The position numbers were made by a program, and so were the translations under genes. From the NCBI GenBank assembly GCA_963667015.2, contig CAXXJJ010000001.1, forward strand, positions 1,152,001 to 1,216,000: DNA of 64,000 bases. Direction: 5' to 3'. A model generated the notes under the pieces. It was not told where the DNA came from and did not search any database. It worked only from the letters and a program-made list of their open reading frames with translations. Origin of the DNA: Desulfatiglandales bacterium (GTDB taxonomy: Bacteria; Desulfobacterota; DSM-4660; Desulfatiglandales; HGW-15). Shown in pieces: positions 29,493 through 39,394 of this stretch (the first letter of the stretch is position 1; the number at the start of each line of letters is the position of its first letter).

Positions 29493-31478
29493 ATGTTAAA
29501 AATTAAATCCTCCCTCAAACCCTGCGGTGATCAGCCACAGGCTATCTCCGATCTGGTAAGGGGTATAAAGGATAATTTAAAACACCAGGTGTTGCTCGGG
29601 GTAACAGGCTCCGGTAAGACCTTTACCATGGCCCATGTAATTGAAGGTGTGCAGAAACCCACACTCATTATGGCCCCCAACAAGACCCTTGCCGCTCAAC
29701 TCTATGGTGAATTTAAAAATCTTTTTCCGGATAACGCGGTTGAATACTTTGTAAGCTACTATGATTATTATCAGCCTGAGGCCTACATCCCGCAGTCTGA
29801 CACCTATATCCAGAAGGATTCAAGCATCAATGAAAACATCGACAAGATGAGGCATTCGGCCACAAGATCTCTGCTTGAAAGAGATGATGTAATAATAGTT
29901 GCCAGTGTTTCATGTATCTATGGTCTTGGTTCTCCCGAGGCTTATCATGACATGCTCCTTTATGCCGAAACAGGGGATAAACTCTCCAGGGATGACGCGG
30001 TAAAAAAACTTGTTGAGATATATTACGAAAGGGGCGACTTTGATTTTTATCGCGGCCGCTTCAGGGTAAGAGGCGATATCCTGGATATCTTCCCTGCCTA
30101 TGAGGAGGATAAGGCAATAAGGATATCCTTCTGGGGGGACGAGGTTGAGGCTATACAGGAGATAGATCCCCTCACGGGCAAGGTAACCGCTGACCTTAAA
30201 AGAATAACAGTTTATCCTGCAACTCATTATGTCACATCGGACGAGATAAGGGACAAGGCCATTAAGGGTATCAGGGAGGAACTGAAAAAGCGTGTTGATG
30301 AGTTTCGGGACAACAACAAACTTATCGAGGCCCAGCGAATTGAAGAGCGAACCATGTTTGATCTGGAAATGATGATCGAGATGGGCTACTGCCACGGTAT
30401 AGAGAATTATTCCAGACATCTTACAGGAAGATCAGCAGGTGATGCCCCGCCGACACTTCTTGATTATTTTCCAAAGGATTTTCTTCTTTTTATTGATGAA
30501 AGCCATATCACAGTTCCCCAGATAGGCGGAATGTACAAAGGGGACAGGTCCAGAAAAGAAACCCTTGTGAATTATGGTTTTCGTCTGCCCTCGGCCCTGG
30601 ACAACAGGCCACTCAAGTTTGAAGAATTCACGAAAAGACTTAACCAGGTGGTTTACGTATCTGCCACACCGGGCCCATATGAGCTTGAGATCGGTGAGGC
30701 GTTGACCGAGCAGATTATCAGACCCACTGGTCTGATCGATCCAGAGATAATAGTAGTGCCGGCAACAGAGCAGGTTGATGATCTGCTTGGAAGAATCAGG
30801 GAAAGGGTCGCAAGAAACGAGCGTGTTCTTGTTACAACCCTTACCAAGAGGATGGCAGAAGACCTTGCCGAGTATTACTCTGAACTTGATGTAAAGGTAA
30901 GATATCTTCACTCTGACATAAAGACTATCGAAAGGATGGAAATCATAAGGGATCTTCGTATAGGTGCATTTGATGTGCTTATAGGAATCAACCTTTTAAG
31001 AGAGGGGCTTGATATTCCGGAGGTATCACTTGTTGCCATCATGGATGCCGACAAAGAAGGTTTTTTAAGATCGGAAAGATCACTTATCCAGACATGCGGA
31101 AGGGCGGCAAGGAATCTGAACGGTACTGTAATCCTTTATGCCGATCAGGTAACAGGCTCAATGGAGCGTGCCATGGATGAGAGCAACAGGAGAAGGCTGA
31201 TACAGGTCGAATACAACAGGGAACATGACATTACACCTGAATCCATTGCAAAGAATATTGATGATGTTCTTGGTTCACTATATGAGGCCGACTATGTGAC
31301 CGTGCCGGTAGTGTCTGAGGAGGCGAAGGAATACCTGACCCCGGATGCTATTAAAAAGATGATAAAGGATCTTGAAAAAAGAATGAAGGATGCAGCCGCC
31401 AGACTTGAGTTTGAGGAGGCTGCCCGTATCAGGGATGAGATTAAGGACCTCAGAGAAGATGAACTTGAGCTGAGGTAG
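29493..31478 (+). CDS. uvrB: Excinuclease ABC subunit B
   Basis: [37 protein letters not shown] and C-terminal UVR domain. Confidence 0.98.
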   Translation: MLKIKSSLKPCGDQPQAISDLVRGIKDNLKHQVLLGVTGSGKTFTMAHVIEGVQKPTLIMAPNKTLAAQLYGEFKNLFPDNAVEYFVSYYDYYQPEAYIPQSDTYIQKDSSINENIDKMRHSATRSLLERDDVIIVASVSCIYGLGSPEAYHDMLLYAETGDKLSRDDAVKKLVEIYYERGDFDFYRGRFRVRGDILDIFPAYEEDKAIRISFWGDEVEAIQEIDPLTGKVTADLKRITVYPATHYVTSDEIRDKAIKGIREELKKRVDEFRDNNKLIEAQRIEERTMFDLEMMIEMGYCHGIENYSRHLTGRSAGDAPPTLLDYFPKDFLLFIDESHITVPQIGGMYKGDRSRKETLVNYGFRLPSALDNRPLKFEEFTKRLNQVVYVSATPGPYELEIGEALTEQIIRPTGLIDPEIIVVPATEQVDDLLGRIRERVARNERVLVTTLTKRMAEDLAEYYSELDVKVRYLHSDIKTIERMEIIRDLRIGAFDVLIGINLLREGLDIPEVSLVAIMDADKEGFLRSERSLIQTCGRAARNLNGTVILYADQVTGSMERAMDESNRRRLIQVEYNREHDITPESIAKNIDDVLGSLYEADYVTVPVVSEEAKEYLTPDAIKKMIKDLEKRMKDAAARLEFEEAARIRDEIKDLREDELELR

Positions 31479-31485
31479 AGTATAG

Positions 31486-32208
31486 TTATCTTCCTTTTGC
31501 GCAGAATCGATCCCACCCCATAAGATGAGCGGTTCCTGCTATTGTGGTGCCGTAAAACAAGACAGGCTTTTTATTTAGAAACTGTTCTACTGTTCCGTTT
31601 GCAATGGTTGTTCCTGTGACCAGTAAAAGATTTGCCCAGTCAATGGCATCATCTGTTTTGTCCGGGCCTTCTATGAGGGTATCGTATTTTTTTGTCCCTA
31701 TATTGTCTTTATCAAGGTCGATAACACGAAGGTCAAAAGAGGCAGATATTTTTTCAACAAACTTCGGCTGAAAGCCTATCTGGGTTATTTTCGGTGTGCC
31801 GTATTCGGTTTTTATATGCTCTACAAGCTGTACCGCGCATTCTCCCGGCTCCTTATCCCTGCAGTGGATTGTTCCCTGTACCAGGCCCATGTGCCTTAAT
31901 GCTGCATTAAGAGATGCTATAAAAATAGCCTTCCGGTAATTATTGGCAAGGTCTGATTCCAGAATATCCTTGAGGGTTCCTTGAAAATCACCGTATTGAT
32001 CTGTAAATGCCTGCCCTGCCGCGCCTTCAAGCTCGGCATGCATCAGCCTTTCCTTACCCTTCATCAGGGGAAAGTCATCTGACTCTGGGTTTCCAATGGC
32101 TTCTTCAGTGGTTAATGCACGTGCCTTAACAGTTATATTCACGTCCAGAAGGTCTTTGTCTAAAATATCAAAGGCCCGTTTTTTTATTTCATTATAGATG
32201 CTGCTCAT
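31486..32208 (-). CDS. DUF364-like (Rossmann-like, putative metal-binding) protein
   Basis: LLVTGTTIANGT motif; paralogous in character to the adjacent DUF364 gene. Confidence 0.65.
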   Translation of the reverse strand: MSSIYNEIKKRAFDILDKDLLDVNITVKARALTTEEAIGNPESDDFPLMKGKERLMHAELEGAAGQAFTDQYGDFQGTLKDILESDLANNYRKAIFIASLNAALRHMGLVQGTIHCRDKEPGECAVQLVEHIKTEYGTPKITQIGFQPKFVEKISASFDLRVIDLDKDNIGTKKYDTLIEGPDKTDDAIDWANLLLVTGTTIANGTVEQFLNKKPVLFYGTTIAGTAHLMGWDRFCAKGR

Positions 32209-32933
32209 ACTTTATCCTTCATCATGATAAGTCTTCTTGTCCCTTTTATCTGCCTGAAATTTGCCCCCTGGCTTATACATTTAAGGGCAAGATCATTATC
32301 CGTAACCATTGTACCAGCAATTGCATCGATTCCATAATCAAAGAGAACCGGCGAAAGAACAGCTGAATCACCAAGCACAACGGTAAATGCATTTTCCTTC
32401 TTTAATTTAAGGAGGTCTCCAATGCTGTGATTCGTTATAGCGGTTCCTGTAATGGCAAGAACATCAGCCTGCGGGACAAGGTCGCTGGCTCTTTCTGCTG
32501 GATAATCTCCCGGTTTTGGATTTTTTTCAATCACCCACAGCTCGCGGGCAATTCCTCTGAGCTTCGGGATAAAGGGAAAATGACCTATTATCGCAATATT
32601 TTTTCCTTCACCTTTTTCGATAATAAGTTCACGGGCGTTGAGCTCGGAACATTTTGATTCATCAACATCAATTAATGAGTTGATAGCAGCCATACCGATA
32701 GCCGCTTCCATGATGCTCTCGGAAAGGGCCATTTCAGTGAGTTCACGGGCTGTTTTATCAAGAAGAAAACCAGGGCTTTCTACGAGGGGAGGAGTCTGTT
32801 TCAGGGCGTCCCTCGGGAGTGTCGCTCCAAGACCGCAGTACCTGCTTAGCACTCCCGTATGAAATACTCCCTGCCTTATATCCTTTACTTCCGCATCATG
32901 GTCAAGTGATGCAATTATCTCTTTCAGTATCAT
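32205..32933 (-). CDS. DUF364/DUF4213-family protein
   Basis: AAIGMAAINS, IAIIGHFPF, ITGTAITN and GANFRQIKG. Confidence 0.8.
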   Translation of the reverse strand: MILKEIIASLDHDAEVKDIRQGVFHTGVLSRYCGLGATLPRDALKQTPPLVESPGFLLDKTARELTEMALSESIMEAAIGMAAINSLIDVDESKCSELNARELIIEKGEGKNIAIIGHFPFIPKLRGIARELWVIEKNPKPGDYPAERASDLVPQADVLAITGTAITNHSIGDLLKLKKENAFTVVLGDSAVLSPVLFDYGIDAIAGTMVTDNDLALKCISQGANFRQIKGTRRLIMMKDKV

Positions 32934-33184
32934 GAAAAACTCCTTCCGCAGCAGCTTCCAGGTCCGGCGCATCCCGCGCTGGACGGATCTGATCCGCAGC
33001 ACCCGGTGTCTCCTGCACCGGGAAATCCTGCCGAGGCATTTCCTGAAAAGGAGGACGTCACTGACATCTTTTTTTTAAGATTTTTACTGCCGCATTTACT
33101 GCATTCCGGTATATCACCGGATGAGGTCATGAGTATTTCAACTTCAGTACCGCAGTCAGTACACAAAAAATCATAGATAGGCAT
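32930..33184 (-). CDS. FmdB-family zinc-ribbon protein with Cys-rich tail
   Basis: MPIYDFLCTDCG...CSKCGS and GCCG...CAGPGSCCG. Confidence 0.85.
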   Translation of the reverse strand: MPIYDFLCTDCGTEVEILMTSSGDIPECSKCGSKNLKKKMSVTSSFSGNASAGFPGAGDTGCCGSDPSSAGCAGPGSCCGRSFS

Positions 33185-33187
33185 TGC

Positions 33188-33637
33188 CTATTCTCCTTTC
33201 GGACTGCCTCCATTTCCTGATTTATAATCATTTACAGCCTTTTCGATTGTCTTTTTTGTCAGTCTTATACAATGCTGCTTCTGGTCTGGGATATCCTCGA
33301 TTTCACGAAAAATATCCCTGTCTGTCATTTTTAGGGCGTAATCAAGGCTTTTACCTTTTATCATGTCCATTGCTGCCATGGCAGAGGCTATAGCCCCGGG
33401 ACATCCGAGGACCTGTATCTTTGCATCCTGTATGATTTCCCCATCGATTTTCAGAGAGATCTTCATTGTATCACCGCAATGCCCTGTCAACTCGCTGATC
33501 TGGGTAGCGTCATCCAGTTCTCCCATGTTTTTTTTTTCAAGATAGTACCTGATCGCCTTTTCAGAATATCCTGAATTTAAAAGCATTTCTGTTGTCGTAT
33601 GAATACTGTCAGTTAATATTTTATTCTCTTCCACCAT
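33188..33637 (-). CDS. IscU/NifU-N-like Fe-S scaffold protein
   Basis: GHCGDTM, GCPGAIAS and KQHC. Confidence 0.85.
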   Translation of the reverse strand: MVEENKILTDSIHTTTEMLLNSGYSEKAIRYYLEKKNMGELDDATQISELTGHCGDTMKISLKIDGEIIQDAKIQVLGCPGAIASAMAAMDMIKGKSLDYALKMTDRDIFREIEDIPDQKQHCIRLTKKTIEKAVNDYKSGNGGSPKGE

Positions 33638-33679
33638 TTTTTACTCTTTTACTCCTGTTATCTCGTGTCTATCCTGTTA

Positions 33680-34066
33680 TTAATCCTGTCCGGATTCAAG
33701 ACCTTTGATTCGCCTAAGAGTATTAAGTAGTTCTTCGGCATCAGACCTTCCCGGGTTTGGGGGCAGATGATTCATTAGCCCCAGACCCTCGCTTGCCTCA
33801 TGGAAATCCTTTTCTGAAAGGCTGCTTACAGCCACACAGTTAGTCATCGGGCTGGCAGAGATAAGTCTTTTCGCAAAATCAAGACCGGACATGTCTCCAA
33901 TTTCTTCATCCGTAATAACAAGATCAATAGCATTGTCTTTAATCAATTTCAATGCAGTATCACAGGTTTTGGTGGTAAGAACTTCATTTAATTCATTTTC
34001 TTTTAACGTCGAGATAAATTTTGATAAAGGATCAGTGTTATTGCTGACTATCAGCAATTTAAACAT
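33680..34066 (-). CDS. Stand-alone atypical receiver (REC) domain protein
   Basis: IDLVITDEEIGDMSGLDF receiver motif; the conserved KP is replaced by PP. Confidence 0.7.
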   Translation of the reverse strand: MFKLLIVSNNTDPLSKFISTLKENELNEVLTTKTCDTALKLIKDNAIDLVITDEEIGDMSGLDFAKRLISASPMTNCVAVSSLSEKDFHEASEGLGLMNHLPPNPGRSDAEELLNTLRRIKGLESGQD

Positions 34067-34176
34067 AATTCACTCCTGGAAAAATAGATTACATATAATT
34101 AATGATATGGAGTTGGATTTTCCTATCTAAATCCTAATCTTTTATACCTTTAGCCCTGCGCCATGCGCCTTGTTTT

Positions 34177-34536
34177 TTACCAGTGTCCATCAACATCGGC
34201 GCCGTCAGCATGGGGTAATTTACCATCAATATAAGCCTGTACAGCCTCTTTGATGGTTCCTGAGGCGCCGTTTGCCACGGTAACTTTACCTGCCTGCAGG
34301 GCCTTAAAGGCATTCGGTCCGCAGGACCCTGTTAAAAGCACCTCTGCGCCGCTGTCAACAATACTGCCCGCTGCCTGAATTCCTGCACCCTTCATGGCAT
34401 TTAAATTTGCAGCATTGTCAATTACCTGAAAATCATTGGTGTCCGAATCAACAACTATCAGAAAGGCCGCCCTTCCAAAACGGGGGTCAACCTTTGCATT
34501 TAAATCTGTTCCCTGGGATGTTACTGCTATTTTCAT
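34177..34536 (-). CDS. NifB/NifX (FeMo-cofactor-binding-like) protein, orange-protein type
   Basis: KIAVTS, VDPRFGRA, GAGIQAA, CGPNAF and C-terminal GHW. Confidence 0.85.
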   Translation of the reverse strand: MKIAVTSQGTDLNAKVDPRFGRAAFLIVVDSDTNDFQVIDNAANLNAMKGAGIQAAGSIVDSGAEVLLTGSCGPNAFKALQAGKVTVANGASGTIKEAVQAYIDGKLPHADGADVDGHW

Positions 34537-34537
34537 T

Positions 34538-34921
34538 CTATGCTCCTCCTCCGCCACCGCAGACCTGGTCATCTTTTATTACTGGAAGTGTCCCTGCAAT
34601 GAGGTCCTCAACAACAGGCCTGATTTCCGGTCTTGTAGCATCATGATATACATCAATTCCCACCTGGCGGAAACCCATAAGCGGTCTAGTGCCTATTCCG
34701 CCGACTATAAGGGCGTTTACATTGTTTTCTGCGAGCAGGTTCACTGGAACCATGCATCCGCCCTGCATATGTTCCCTGTTATTGATGGTTGTGACCTGGT
34801 CAATTTCGCCATCTTTAACGTCTATAAGTGTGAATACATCGCAGTGTCCAAAATGACCTGCTCTTGTTCCGTCAAGCCCACCCTGATCATTTGATGGAAC
34901 TGCTATTCTTCCGTCTTTCAT
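34538..34921 (-). CDS. NifB/NifX-family protein
   Basis: RIAVPS, GHFGHCD, GGCMVPV and GGIGTRP. Confidence 0.85.
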   Translation of the reverse strand: MKDGRIAVPSNDQGGLDGTRAGHFGHCDVFTLIDVKDGEIDQVTTINNREHMQGGCMVPVNLLAENNVNALIVGGIGTRPLMGFRQVGIDVYHDATRPEIRPVVEDLIAGTLPVIKDDQVCGGGGGA

Positions 34922-35003
34922 GTATAAATCCTCCTGAATAAAAATATAATAAAAATCGTAACAGACATCTTCAAAATGCAAGCTGAGAGTATATCTGTTG
35001 CGG

Positions 35004-35885
35004 TTACTTGCTGTCTACTATATTGTTTAATTTCTCACTTGCCTTATCCCAAATGGCCTTTATATCTCCGCATATATCTGATTCAGGGGCATATTCAAAT
35101 ATGTTTATTCCCTGCACCATTGCCTTTGTAAACACCGGGTCAAAGGGTATGAGACCTAGAAAAGGCATATCACGTTCTTCCGAGTATTGTCTGATCTCAT
35201 CCGCCTTGTCCGGGTTGAGATCATATTTATTTACACATACCATAGCCGGAATCTTAAAAAAAGCAGCCAGTTCGGCAACCCTTGACATGTCATGCAGGCC
35301 GGATACCGTAGGTTCGGTTACTATGAGCACTGCATCAGCGCCACCGATGGATGCAATAACCGGACATCCTACGCCCGGGGCTCCGTCAGTAATGATAAGG
35401 TCCAGGCCTTTTTTTTCAGCCACCTCTTTTGCCTCCCTGCGCACAAGGGTAACCAGCTTTCCTGAATTTTCTTCGGCAATGCCGAGCCTGGCGTGCACCA
35501 TGGGCCCAAAGCGGGTGTCCGAAATATACCATTCTCCGCATGTTTTTGGGGGAAAATCAATTGCCTTTTCCGGGCAAAAGTAAAAACACACGCCGCAGCC
35601 TTCACATTCGATGGGATCTACCTTAAAGTCCTCACTTATCGCGTCCCATTTGCATAATTCCCTGCAAAGACCGCATTCAATACATTTATCATTGTTTATT
35701 ATGGCTTCTCCTCCTCCGCTGAAGAGGGCAGAATGAACTACATCCGGTTTCATTATCAAATGCAGGTCTGCAGCATCCACGTCAGCATCGCAGAGAACCA
35801 TATCTTCTGCCAGGGAGGCAATGGACGAAACCATACTTGTCTTTCCCGTGCCGCCTTTTCCGCTTATTACAACGAGTTCTTTCAT
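35004..35885 (-). CDS. MinD-superfamily P-loop ATPase with inserted 2x[4Fe-4S] ferredoxin
   Basis: SGKGGTGKTS, DADVDAADL, CIECGLCRELC, CEGCGVC..FCP and GCPVIAS. Confidence 0.9.
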   Translation of the reverse strand: MKELVVISGKGGTGKTSMVSSIASLAEDMVLCDADVDAADLHLIMKPDVVHSALFSGGGEAIINNDKCIECGLCRELCKWDAISEDFKVDPIECEGCGVCFYFCPEKAIDFPPKTCGEWYISDTRFGPMVHARLGIAEENSGKLVTLVRREAKEVAEKKGLDLIITDGAPGVGCPVIASIGGADAVLIVTEPTVSGLHDMSRVAELAAFFKIPAMVCVNKYDLNPDKADEIRQYSEERDMPFLGLIPFDPVFTKAMVQGINIFEYAPESDICGDIKAIWDKASEKLNNIVDSK

Positions 35886-36730
35886 TAACGATTCTCCTGC
35901 ACTATTTTTTCTATATCATTATATAGATTTGCAAATTTTTCTTTCCATTCCGGGAAATTGTCAACCACCAGTTCTCCCCTCGAGTAGGATTCTGCGATTT
36001 TTCTGTCAAAGGGAATCTCCATGAGTATGGGGATCTTTTCCTCTGTCGCAAATGCATTTACCTTTTTGTCTCCCAGATCGGAACGATTTATAATGATTCC
36101 GCAGGGAATATTCAGCAGTTTTACTGCCCCTGCAGCAAGTTTTAAATCATGAAGTCCGAATGGCGTGGGTTCTGTGACAAGAATAATGAAGTCGGTATTT
36201 TTCATGGCCGCTATCACGGGGCAGGAAGTCCCTGGTGGAGCATCGATTATGGTAATACCGTCTTCATCTGCATAACTCCTTACCTTTCTGATGAGAGGCG
36301 GAGACATTGCCTCGCCTACCCTGAGTCTTCCGTGAATAAATTTAATGCCGTTCATATGCCCCTTTTCGATTTTGCCAAGCTCCCGGCCTGTTTCCGAAAT
36401 GGCATTTACCGGGCATACCCTGAAACATCCGCCGCAACTGTGGCACAGGTCAGTAAAGGGTAAAATCGTATCTGCTATACGTACTATTGCCTTGAACTGG
36501 CATATCTCACAGCATTTACCACACAGGGTACATTTCTCTTCATCTATCTTCGGAACAGGCGTTGTGAATGTCTCTTCCGATTCTATCTCAGGTTTAATAA
36601 ACAGGTGGCAATTTGGCTCTTCAACATCGCAGTCCAGAAGTGTAACTCCCGATTTCAGGGAAGCTGACAGGTTTGTGGCAACCGTTGTTTTTCCTGTTCC
36701 GCCTTTTCCGCTAGCTATACTGATAATCAC
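35885..36730 (-). CDS. MinD-superfamily P-loop ATPase with inserted ferredoxin
   Basis: SGKGGTGKTT, DCDVEEPN, CTLCGKC, CHSCGGC and PPGTSCP. Confidence 0.9.
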   Translation of the reverse strand: MIISIASGKGGTGKTTVATNLSASLKSGVTLLDCDVEEPNCHLFIKPEIESEETFTTPVPKIDEEKCTLCGKCCEICQFKAIVRIADTILPFTDLCHSCGGCFRVCPVNAISETGRELGKIEKGHMNGIKFIHGRLRVGEAMSPPLIRKVRSYADEDGITIIDAPPGTSCPVIAAMKNTDFIILVTEPTPFGLHDLKLAAGAVKLLNIPCGIIINRSDLGDKKVNAFATEEKIPILMEIPFDRKIAESYSRGELVVDNFPEWKEKFANLYNDIEKIVQENR

Positions 36731-36741
36731 AATTTTTTCCC

Positions 36742-37182
36742 CTATTTGTTTCTTTGTTTTTTCATGTAGATATCCAGCGCTTCATGGAGGGTTCTTTCTG
36801 CCAGAAAGGCGCAGTGCCTGTCTTCATCCGGCACATTGTCACCTATCCTGCTTAGTATGGATTCGCCGGTTATGTCAATTATTTCATCAGGCGTCTTTCC
36901 CATGGCCATGGCCGCAGCAAAGGAGCCGCATATATTACTCGATGCACATCCGTTAGTCATATAGGTCGCATGTACTACTATGTCGTCCAGGAACTTCAGG
37001 AATATCTCCATTGTATCGCCGCAGGTGCCATTCACAGTGGCATGTGCATCAGGATTATCAATGGGGCCTTCATTGTCAGGGTTTATCCATCTTTCTATGG
37101 CCTCGGCAGTGTAGATTTCCCTTAAATCAGCAATTATCTGGGCCTGGGTTTCCTGTACAAATTTATCTAAATCGTCTGTCAT
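36742..37182 (-). CDS. IscU/NifU-N-like Fe-S scaffold protein
   Basis: GTCGDTM, GCASS and RHCA. Confidence 0.85.
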   Translation of the reverse strand: MTDDLDKFVQETQAQIIADLREIYTAEAIERWINPDNEGPIDNPDAHATVNGTCGDTMEIFLKFLDDIVVHATYMTNGCASSNICGSFAAAMAMGKTPDEIIDITGESILSRIGDNVPDEDRHCAFLAERTLHEALDIYMKKQRNK

Positions 37183-37190
37183 GTTAATCT

Positions 37191-37535
37191 CTAGTGATAA
37201 TCGTGTGTCCCGGCAACCACCTTGATACCTGTTTTACCCTCAATAGCCTTTGCCATGGCTTCAGGATCGGTATAGGGACAACCTGGAGATGCGTTAACCA
37301 GGCATGAGCTGAGATAAACCTCATCGGGCCTCATCTCGGATAGTTTAATCGTCATGCCCACATTTGGTACCAGGCTTCTTCCCGGACACTGGCATTTTAC
37401 AAAACCGATTACCTGTGAAGGTTCACTGAATTTTCCCTCTCCAAGCGCCGCGGCCTTCAGACATCTCCATTCGCCAGGGCAGCCGTATCCACTGTCCATG
37501 TATGACCCGCATCCGACTATCACAACTTTTTTCAT
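37191..37535 (-). CDS. CGGC-domain-like Cys-rich protein
   Basis: IVGC...CPGEWRC, CQCPG, SSC...CP and C-terminal GTH. Confidence 0.8.
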   Translation of the reverse strand: MKKVVIVGCGSYMDSGYGCPGEWRCLKAAALGEGKFSEPSQVIGFVKCQCPGRSLVPNVGMTIKLSEMRPDEVYLSSCLVNASPGCPYTDPEAMAKAIEGKTGIKVVAGTHDYH

Positions 37536-37568
37536 TCCGGTTCCTCCGATCCTGATTTTATAATATTT

Positions 37569-38420
37569 TTACTTTTTATTCGTCTTTTCAACTATCTGAT
37601 CAACCAGTCTTTTAAATTCATCGCTGAAGGATATCTTTTCCTCTTCAAGTTCTGTGAGTCTCCCCTGGTCGGCCATCTTCACAACCTTTGGTTCTATCGG
37701 AAGGCTGGCAAGCAGTTCCACACCCATCTTTTCAGCCATGTCTTTTCCGCCGTTTGCCATGAACAGGTCAATCAGTTCTCCGCAATGGGGGCATTTCAGA
37801 CCGTTCATATTTTCTACAACACCAAGCATCTCCATCTTTACCTGTTTGCAGAAGTTTATGGATTTTCTTACATCAGCAAGGGAAACCTCCTGGGGGGTTG
37901 TCACCACCAGGGCCTTTGCATCCTTTACTGTCTGGGCTATTGTCAGGGGTTCATCGCCTGTCCCGGGAGGGGAGTCAATAACAAGGTAGTCAAGATCCGA
38001 CCACCAGTCCATGTCTGAAATAAACTGCCTGATAACTCCTATTTTTATTGGTCCGCGCCATATTGTTGCAGCATCCTTGTCCGCACCCATTATGGACTCT
38101 ATTGATATAACCTGTAAATTGGGCAACGGCTCAATGGGGATCGCCTTGCCTGATACAGGTGAAACAGCAATGTTTGCATTCATTCCCAGCATTCTGGGGA
38201 TGCTGGGGCCATGAAGGTCAACATCCATGAGGCCTACTTTGAAACCTCTTTTGGCCAGGCTGATGGAAAGAAAAGATGCAACGCTACTTTTTCCGACACC
38301 ACCCTTGCCGCTCATAACGAGTATTTTGTTTTTTATCCTGCCAAGCCTCTTGCTTATTTCCATTTCCTGCTGAGATTGATCATCCAGATTTGCCAGTCCC
38401 GGGTTTTGCTGATTTGCCAT
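37569..38420 (-). CDS. Mrp/NBP35 Fe-S carrier ATPase
   Basis: MSGKGGVGKS, DVDLHGPS, WRGP, DSPPGTGDE, VTTPQ and ENM...CPHC. Confidence 0.93.
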   Translation of the reverse strand: MANQQNPGLANLDDQSQQEMEISKRLGRIKNKILVMSGKGGVGKSSVASFLSISLAKRGFKVGLMDVDLHGPSIPRMLGMNANIAVSPVSGKAIPIEPLPNLQVISIESIMGADKDAATIWRGPIKIGVIRQFISDMDWWSDLDYLVIDSPPGTGDEPLTIAQTVKDAKALVVTTPQEVSLADVRKSINFCKQVKMEMLGVVENMNGLKCPHCGELIDLFMANGGKDMAEKMGVELLASLPIEPKVVKMADQGRLTELEEEKISFSDEFKRLVDQIVEKTNKK

Positions 38421-38575
38421 GTTTTTAAATTCCTCCAAAATCTTTTTATATTTATTAACAGCAGTTCGGCTGTATTTATAAGTTCCCTGATCTATTCACA
38501 TTTTTATAAAAAATCAAGGTGTAATGTGCAGAATGGCAAAAGCAAAGGCAAAAGTCCTTATCTCATTTTGCAGCC

Positions 38576-38968
38576 TCAGCTTTTTATTCCTTGCCCCGTC
38601 CGTATATTTTTTCTACCACACCTGCGAAGCCCTCTTTTGCATCCAGGCATAAGAAACCTTGGCTGAAAAATATTTCCATGCAGGTATGCCTCCAGCACAT
38701 CCTCTGCAAGGCCTGATATTTCCTGTATCACATCCAGGCCCGATGCGAGAAGCATCTGCAAAAATACATGTGAAACAGCACCACATATAAGGATGTCCAG
38801 GTCAAGTTTTCTTATCCTGTGGCATTTATAAGAAAGGTCGTTTTCATCGATATGATATACAAATCTGGACTCCTCTTTCTGGTCTTTGACTTCCACTACC
38901 AAAAGTTTCAGGGCAGTGTCAAACACCGGAGAGACCTTATCTTCCCATACTGGTATAGCAATCCTCAT
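38576..38968 (-). CDS. NifB/NifX-family protein
   Basis: MRIAIPVWEDKVSPVFD, LICGAVS and FLMPGC. Confidence 0.8.
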   Translation of the reverse strand: MRIAIPVWEDKVSPVFDTALKLLVVEVKDQKEESRFVYHIDENDLSYKCHRIRKLDLDILICGAVSHVFLQMLLASGLDVIQEISGLAEDVLEAYLHGNIFQPRFLMPGCKRGLRRCGRKNIRTGQGIKS

Positions 38969-38995
38969 AAAATAAATGCCTTTCAGATAAAAATC

Positions 38996-39030
38996 GCGGT
39001 CCGGGACAGGAGGCTTTTGTCCCGGACCGC
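38996..39030 (-). promoter_or_regulatory. Perfect 13-bp stem-loop in the orp operon leader
   Basis: GCGGTCCGGGACA-N9-TGTCCCGGACCGC; followed by GATTTTT on the minus strand. Confidence 0.55.
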
Positions 39031-39235
39031 TCTTGCCAAGTATAGTGTTGAGAGGCACTATAGCTCAGAGTATGTATCAAGTGATCTCTTATATTCTTTC
39101 AAGCCTTTGTTCTATAGCCTCCGGCACATCATTAAGCATCGTTTCATTCCTGAGGAAGTTTTCTTCCTGTTTTTTGTCATAACAGAGCTGATAAGCTTTT
39201 TTTGATCAGACGCTGTTAAATGCAATTATAGTAAA

Positions 39236-39394
39236 AGCATTTAATATGCCAAAGATGGGTGATTAACGTGAAAAATTGTAACCTGTTGAAAAGATATAGA
39301 TAATAGTGAATGGTTTTGAATTGTACATTTGCTGACGATATTGCATAAATGCAAATATGCAATGAAATGCTGTTATAGCGTTGCAAAAAAGCAA
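39236..39394 (-). promoter_or_regulatory. Sigma-54 promoter of the orp cluster with IHF-like site and candidate activator sites
   Basis: Minus-strand TTGGCATATTAAATGCT (39236-39252); TAACCTGTTGAA (39279-39290); palindromes TTGCATAAATGCAA and TTGCAAAAAAGCAA. Confidence 0.65.
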
